Positions 57,686 to 64,000 of a stretch of 64,000 nucleotides of DNA are shown piece by piece. The position numbers and the translations under genes are program-made. Source of the DNA: Monocercomonoides exilis PA203 (lineage: Eukaryota; Protista; Preaxostyla). The notes beneath the pieces were generated by a model. It was not told where the DNA came from. It searched no databases and worked only from the letters and a program-made list of their open reading frames with translations. The stretch spans positions 310,001 to 374,000 of the forward strand of contig LSRY02000006.1 of the NCBI GenBank assembly GCA_001643675.2. The letters are read 5' to 3'. How positions within the stretch are numbered: position 1 is the stretch's first letter; each line of letters begins with the position of its first letter.

Positions 57686-60600
57686 CAGCAGGGCACGATC
57701 AAAGTGGGACTGACTCTTCAACTGCCCATTTTTCTCGTATTTCTGTCTGCTTCAAGCACATCGCAATGCAGCATTCCTTATATTTCTTTTCTTTTCTTTT
57801 TTTGATGTTTTGTGCCAAATGGCTTTTGTTTTTGACTTTCCTATTTTTTTTTCCCTGTTCCATTTGAATGTCTTCACATCACCATCCATCCTTTTCCTGT
57901 TCATAGGCTTGAAGCAACCCTTCATTTCCCAGTGCTGCTTCTTTCCTGCCATTCCATCCCTCATGTCCTTTTGCACTTCCACAGAAAAAAACCCCAAAAA
58001 ATTAATCTCGACAATATTGAATCAAAGACAATATCGAAGCTTTTTGTGCAAGAGTGAGAGAGAGTCAGCCTTCAAAAAGAGTTGAAGCAAACGAACAAAA
58101 GCGATTCCAGATAAATCTTGAATGGACCATGTGCCGTTTCTGCCCATTCCTGAATTCTTCCATCAAGTCACGACACATGCACATATACAGAGAGAAAGAA
58201 ATGCATTTCTTTTCTCTCCAAAACAAAGATCGGGCAAGATTCGCATTGCCGCTCACACATCAAGCGATAGAATGAAACACTGATGAAAAACACAAAATCC
58301 TTCTGGCTTCCAAAACCTCCAGCTTTGCTTTTCCCCTTCGTGTCATCGCAATTCTGCGACCTGCCACCAATAAATCAATAAAAATGACTCGCCTCAAGTC
58401 CGTTTTGCTGAGCACTTCACGAAAACGCTTTTGATCCAATTTTCAGGAATGAAAATCGAAATGCCTCCTCAAATCAAAAATAACAAAGATGTTTGGCAAA
58501 TGTTTTTTTTCCCTCTATTTCTGCTTCGCTGTTGGCTTTGCTTCTTCAGATAGAATGAAGCACTTTCAAGAGAAAATAAAAGGTTTTCTGATGTGTATTG
58601 AAATGAATGATGCTCCATTTCATGGATTCCATCCATCTGAGCCTTTTGAGCCAAAACTCACAAATGACCAATTGATTGGAAATGCACCAAAAAAAAGAAA
58701 ATCGAATATCCCTTCGACCTTGCTGCCTCGTGTCGGCTCGAGCATTCCCAGCTTCGCAAATGCCCCTTCCCATGAGCAACTCCCTTGCTTTGCTGCTTTT
58801 CACGCCTCTCCAAATCCGAAGGTCAAAAATAGATATACGACGGAATCCTCCCGTTCGTGTCCCAGACCCAAAGCATGTTCCTCCCGAGCCGTTAGCAAAC
58901 AATTCGAGCAGTGTATTCAACAAGTCGGTCAAAAAAATAAAAAAATGATGATGTTTCAACTCGAATCGTGGCTTCTTCATCGCTTGTTTGGGTCGCAATT
59001 GCGGAGCACAAAATCAATTATAACATCTTTATTCTTGCCGTCCCTTTTTTTGCTCCAGAAAAACACCACAGCCGCTGGGCGCCTCCAACAGTTTGCTTTT
59101 TCATCCATTCCGTGAAACGCAGTGTCATTTGGCAATAAAGCGTCCACCACTCATTTCCTCTCCGAAACAAATAGCATGTGGCAGTTGCACGAAAAAACGA
59201 TCATGTCCGTGCAGCAATGCTTGCATCGCCTTTTTCTTCAAATGGTTTTTCGTTTTTTCTCAAGCAATCCAAAAAAAAGATGAGTTCAACAACTGCAAGT
59301 GTGGCACTGCTACCTGAATGCAGCAAATGCAGAATGGCTCCCATCCTCGACATTGGGTCACTTTCCGTTTCCTTCAGCAGGCTCAATAAAAGACATCTTC
59401 AGTTATTGTCAATTTATTCATCGTCGCATGAATGTTTCTCTGTTAATAATTCCATTCCTCTGAAAACAAAATCGCATGCGCCATCGTTGCATCGAGCGCA
59501 TTTTGCATGTCTCGGCTGTGCTCGGTGAAATCTCAATTTCATTGCAAAGATTAATGGCAGCATAAATCAACCCCAGCGCAGCGTCGCTTCAGCTTTTCGA
59601 CCCATTTCCAGAAGTGATGACAACCATTGGGCAAATATAATGAAAGACAGGCCTTAGCCTTTGCAGTTGCAAAAATACTTTTTCGATTGATCAATCTCAT
59701 TAACTATTTTATTTCAGTCCACACAAAAATTATTTTCTGAGCGGACATATTTTTCTTTTTTGGAATCAAACTAATAGATTGAAGTGGTTTGGTCAATAGC
59801 GTGAAGCATTTCCGTTGAAAACTGTTTCAAAAATTAAAAAAAAAATGAATTTTATTCAATTTTCATTGAAAAGTCATTATTCGGTGATTATTGTTGAAAT
59901 GATATTTTTGTATTTCCATTTAAAGAATTGATTGCCCCCTTCAGCTGATTACATTGATATTCCAATGTGTGGCAAATTGTTCTGTCCAAAGTTATTAATT
60001 ACAGAGCAAACCAACGAATGCTGCAAACAATAATAGAAGTTTGCCATTGTTATTTTCCCCATTTGGAGGAAAATTTTTTGTTCACCTGTCTTATTATTGT
60101 TCGAGATTATAAATTATTAAAGAAAATCATTTTTTCTTTCCACGCGCTTTATTTATTTATTTATTTCTTTATTAGCATACATTCTTCCTGTGCTTGAATA
60201 AGACAAATAATATTTTTTGTGCAACATATTTGACAGGAAATATTGAAAAACTATCAATGAACATTTTTGTCTTTTGAAATCCACATATCATCAGTTTTTT
60301 CTTTTTCTTTGTTTCTTTCACATCCCTCCTTATAATTTCAAAAAAGAATTATCTTCTGTTTCTTTCTGCATTTTTTGGAAAAAAGATAATCTTCGGACTT
60401 TTGCATAAAACATTCATTAAAATCATTTCGTTGCATTTTTTTTTTTGAGTTATCTTATAATGGTGTAAGCTTTCAAAACTATTTTCCAACGAATACATTG
60501 CTTTCTTTCTATCATTATACATCATTTCATAATTATCTCACTTCAATCGATAAGCAGATTCGCTTTTAAAAAATAAATATTTAGAACATTCCAATCTTAA

Positions 60601-60783
60601 TAAATATCTTTGTTAATAAACATAAAAGAGTGAATATTGCATCTATCGATTTGAATTATTATGTGTATCTTATGACTGATACTCATTCGATTTTAAATTG
60701 TCTCTTTCATAAACCATTATTATTTTCAAATTATATGAAAATTTTATATTATCTGCTCTAGTTTCGGTGAAAATATCAAATAA

Positions 60784-63700
60784 ATGAAAGCCACGCGATT
60801 TCCTGGTTCTATTAACTTTGCATTTTTATTAATATATGAAATTGAAGCATTGGCGACAATATTTTGTCCAGTGAATTATTTTTTGTTTTCTTCGTGCCAC
60901 AAAAGACATTGCGATATTCATTGCAACACAACATTCAATATCAATTTAGTGAAAAAAGATTTAAAAGAAAAGTGTCATATGTACGAACGTCAGACATCCA
61001 TTTTTGCAAATTCATCGAATTGTCTTTTTTATTTAAGTAATTCCTCAGTTTTTTTATTTGGAAATACTTTCATATCTTTCTTCGATACTCCTTTTTTCCA
61101 TTTATGTGATACTTCATCAATTTCTATCATTTCTTCTGAACTTTATTGTAACGTTAACGAACCAAATTGGATCATTTCCGAGAAGGGTAGCCTATATATA
61201 AGAAATTCATCAATCTTTCAAAATGCAGCATGTATTTGCCCTTCAAAATCTCTGCTAACTAAACATAATTTTTTCGAGCATTTGGAGATTTTTGAGAATA
61301 AAAAGTGTTCGATGTTTATGATTTCAACTTTAAATTTATTTAAAGTGAATGATTTTTCAGTAAGTCAAACGAGTTATTTCAATTGCTCATATTTTTTACA
61401 CGCATCTTTTCAATTTGATTTTCAAAGATTATGTAATATTGATGATGGGGCTTGTTTTTACCCTTTTCACTTCACTGAGATAGATTTCATCAGTTTGAAA
61501 TCAAGTTATTTTGAATCCACTTTTCTTCAACATTATTGCATAAATGATTCAATACTTGTTGATTCTCTTTCCACAATTAATTGTTCATTCGTTAATGATC
61601 ACAACATTTATAGAAACCAAATAATTGTTTCAAAAACATCTTCTTTTGATTTTGATTCATTCATTGGATGCAAATCGACCATTGGAGGAGCAATATTAGC
61701 AAAGCAATCAAATTTTGCAAACGAAATTCTCACTATAACGATGAAACAAAGCGATTTTCATCAATGTATTACTGAAGGGGAAGGAATCGATACAGGAGGA
61801 GGTGCAATTGCTGTTTTGGGATCAGTTAACTTAAGAATTCAGAATTGCACTTTCAATGAATGTAAAGCTCTAACTAACGATGATAGCAAAGGAGGAGCAA
61901 TACTTTGCTCAAACGCAAGTCAATGCAACGTGAATAATGGCATCTTCTTAAGCTGCTCTGCTGGATATGGCGGAGGTTGTTATATGAAGCATCTGAAAGG
62001 ATTTGCCTCAGAAACGAACACTGACAAAACTACAAAATTAATAAATTGCTTTTTTATGAATTGTTGCTCCACATGTGAAAACAATTTTGATACATATTTT
62101 GGAGGAGGAGCACTTTTCATCTCGGTTGATGCATTTCCAATCATATCAGAAGGAATTTTTCAGGAATGCAAAGCAGATCAAATTGGAGGGGGAATATTTA
62201 TTCAATATACAAGTTCAAAAGATAATTTTATTAATTCACACACATGTGGTTGCAATGAACGAAAGAATGAAGAAAAGCCTTTTTCTTTCCTCTATTTCTA
62301 TCAGAATAGTGTAGTTAAGAAAGATGGTGATGATGATAATCTATCAAATGCTGGTTGCTTGCATTTTCCATTTATATTTCCTAGTGGCAATTTACCAATT
62401 CCTTTTGATAAAAATAGTTGTACGTGCTTTTCTTCAGATCAAAAGTTGTGTGAGATTGTTGGTGATGAAAAATCTGAAGTTAAAGAATGGTCTCACATTC
62501 CATCTGAAATTTATATTGAAGAGACAAAATCCAAAGTATCTTCTTTTTTTTGTGGTTCTATAAGCCGCCCATGCGAGACTATTCAAGCAGCTTTCGATCT
62601 GATTAATACAATTATGGTTCAAGATTGCTCTTTTTTCTTAACAGGATTCTCTAATGAATTGAAAAACTCTGCAAAATTAGAAACTTATCATTTATGCGAC
62701 TTGACAAAAAACAAAAAACAAGTCACCAATACAGAGGTGATTGTGACATTGACTTCTCAAGACGATTGCGCATTAGATATTAGCTGCCGAAGTTTCAAAA
62801 TGTCACACGTTAAATGGGTTATTAATTGCTCTCTATCATTTTGTCAAAGCCTTTTCCTTATTACAAATACTGATATGTGCATATTTAACAAAATAGAAAT
62901 TATACGTGCTGGAGATTCAACAGAGGAGCAATGCATCGATTGCACAATAATGAATGTTAATAGTCCGTCGTTTTGTCTGAACAATTTTTATATTCGAAAT
63001 CAACGGGCACAGTCAATGATCATTTTAAATAATGCTAAGGATTCAAACATTAAAAATTTGAGTATTGAAAAATGTTTTAACGAAAAAATTTTTAATGACG
63101 TTTCACAAGTGAACGATTTTGTACTGGATACAATATCATTGAGAGATGCGTCAATCAAAAATCTTATCAACTTTGAAGGAAATTTAAACTCAAAGATCAC
63201 TTTTGCAATTACAAATTTAAATTTGTCAAATGTGAACTCAAGTTCTGCGCTTATTGAAGTGAAATATTTTGGAGACTTGGTATTTGAAGACTTATTCGTT
63301 TCTCAGACGCATTCACCGCAAATCTTAAATGCAAAAAAATTCTTGAACATGGGCTTTGATTCAAATGTGAGTGCAACTCTTCTGAACTGCCATGTTTCAA
63401 ACTCAACTTTCAATAAGAATGCTTTTTGTTTTTTCAATGTTTATGATTCAAAGCTCACTAATTGTACATTCCAAAATACTAATTCAAGTAGCGAAATAAT
63501 AAAAGGAGAAGGAAGTTATGATAATCAATTTGCTTCTAATTATGATCTTTCAAATATTGTTTTCAAGAATTGCATATCAGAAAAAGCTTTCATTTGCTAT
63601 GACAATTTCATAAAGGTTAATGTTTCAAACATTACGATTTATGGAAATCTTACAGGCATTGGGATTAAGCTATCATCTGCCTCATCGACAAAAGCTGCCT

Positions 63701-64000
63701 GCCAAATTGATTCGGTTTTTATGAGATCAGGAATCATTTGTTCAGAATTAGTCTCTGCCTTGTTTTCAGTAAAGTCAATGTCAATATCAAATATTGTACT
63801 CTTGAACTGTATTGTTCGCACTTCTGTTCTGATCAACATAATGGAACAACAGAATTACAATGGAGGATTAACTTTGAAAGATATATTAATACAACAATTA
63901 AAAATTGATAATGACGACATCCATCTGTTCCAGTTTACGCATGGCATAAATCCACTTCAGTTAATGCATATGGAAATATCATTTTACAGAAATGCATTCC
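60784..64000 (+). CDS. GGAI/FxxC-repeat beta-helix-like surface protein, 3'-partial (absent from the ORF track because it has no stop in the window)
   Basis: ATG at 60784 (MKATRFPGSINFAFLLIYE...). Frame read open codon by codon to ~61.9 kb and spot-checked beyond. IGGAIL, GGGAIAV..NCTFNEC, KGGAIL, FGGGALF, FCGSISRPCETIQAA. Confidence 0.8.
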   Translation, partial: MKATRFPGSINFAFLLIYEIEALATIFCPVNYFLFSSCHKRHCDIHCNTTFNINLVKKDLKEKCHMYERQTSIFANSSNCLFYLSNSSVFLFGNTFISFFDTPFFHLCDTSSISIISSELYCNVNEPNWIISEKGSLYIRNSSIFQNAACICPSKSLLTKHNFFEHLEIFENKKCSMFMISTLNLFKVNDFSVSQTSYFNCSYFLHASFQFDFQRLCNIDDGACFYPFHFTEIDFISLKSSYFESTFLQHYCINDSILVDSLSTINCSFVNDHNIYRNQIIVSKTSSFDFDSFIGCKSTIGGAILAKQSNFANEILTITMKQSDFHQCITEGEGIDTGGGAIAVLGSVNLRIQNCTFNECKALTNDDSKGGAILCSNASQCNVNNGIFLSCSAGYGGGCYMKHLKGFASETNTDKTTKLINCFFMNCCSTCENNFDTYFGGGALFISVDAFPIISEGIFQECKADQIGGGIFIQYTSSKDNFINSHTCGCNERKNEEKPFSFLYFYQNSVVKKDGDDDNLSNAGCLHFPFIFPSGNLPIPFDKNSCTCFSSDQKLCEIVGDEKSEVKEWSHIPSEIYIEETKSKVSSFFCGSISRPCETIQAAFDLINTIMVQDCSFFLTGFSNELKNSAKLETYHLCDLTKNKKQVTNTEVIVTLTSQDDCALDISCRSFKMSHVKWVINCSLSFCQSLFLITNTDMCIFNKIEIIRAGDSTEEQCIDCTIMNVNSPSFCLNNFYIRNQRAQSMIILNNAKDSNIKNLSIEKCFNEKIFNDVSQVNDFVLDTISLRDASIKNLINFEGNLNSKITFAITNLNLSNVNSSSALIEVKYFGDLVFEDLFVSQTHSPQILNAKKFLNMGFDSNVSATLLNCHVSNSTFNKNAFCFFNVYDSKLTNCTFQNTNSSSEIIKGEGSYDNQFASNYDLSNIVFKNCISEKAFICYDNFIKVNVSNITIYGNLTGIGIKLSSASSTKAACQIDSVFMRSGIICSELVSALFSVKSMSISNIVLLNCIVRTSVLINIMEQQNYNGGLTLKDILIQQLKIDNDDIHLFQFTHGINPLQLMHMEISFYRNAF

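Noticed and set aside
1-64000. Alternative genetic code (TAA/TAG = Gln) as in some oxymonads; tRNA/rRNA genes
   Set aside because: Long ORFs lack internal TAR codons and conserved genes (metK, USP) end at TAA/TAG. No RNA gene was recognisable by eye.

Overview
AT-rich, intron-containing eukaryotic DNA that reads in the standard genetic code (TAA/TAG act as stops). It has short spliceosomal introns with GTTTG/GTATG/GTATT donors, long Ser/Glu/Lys low-complexity inserts and giant Cys/Gly-rich surface proteins. This fits an oxymonad (Monocercomonoides-like) genome, which is an inference from gene style. About 16 protein-coding genes can be supported: an RME-8/DNAJC13-like gene (runs off the left edge), a degenerate Vps4-like AAA protein, a TOM1/GPR137-like 7TM protein, GDPD, a USP4/11/15-type deubiquitinase with a UIM, a FAM228-like protein, an alpha/beta hydrolase, SAM synthetase (with a GC-AG intron), a secreted bacterial-type Kazal protein, several hypotheticals and three beta-helix-like surface proteins. 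One of these three is a ~3080-aa receptor pseudokinase and one runs off the right edge. Non-coding highlights are a nested set of three inverted-repeat elements at 8.1-10.0 kb (the youngest has near-perfect ~370-bp arms, 22-bp subterminal repeats and TA flanks) and a second TA-CAGT MITE at 46.7-47.2 kb. All family assignments come from motif recall, not database searches.
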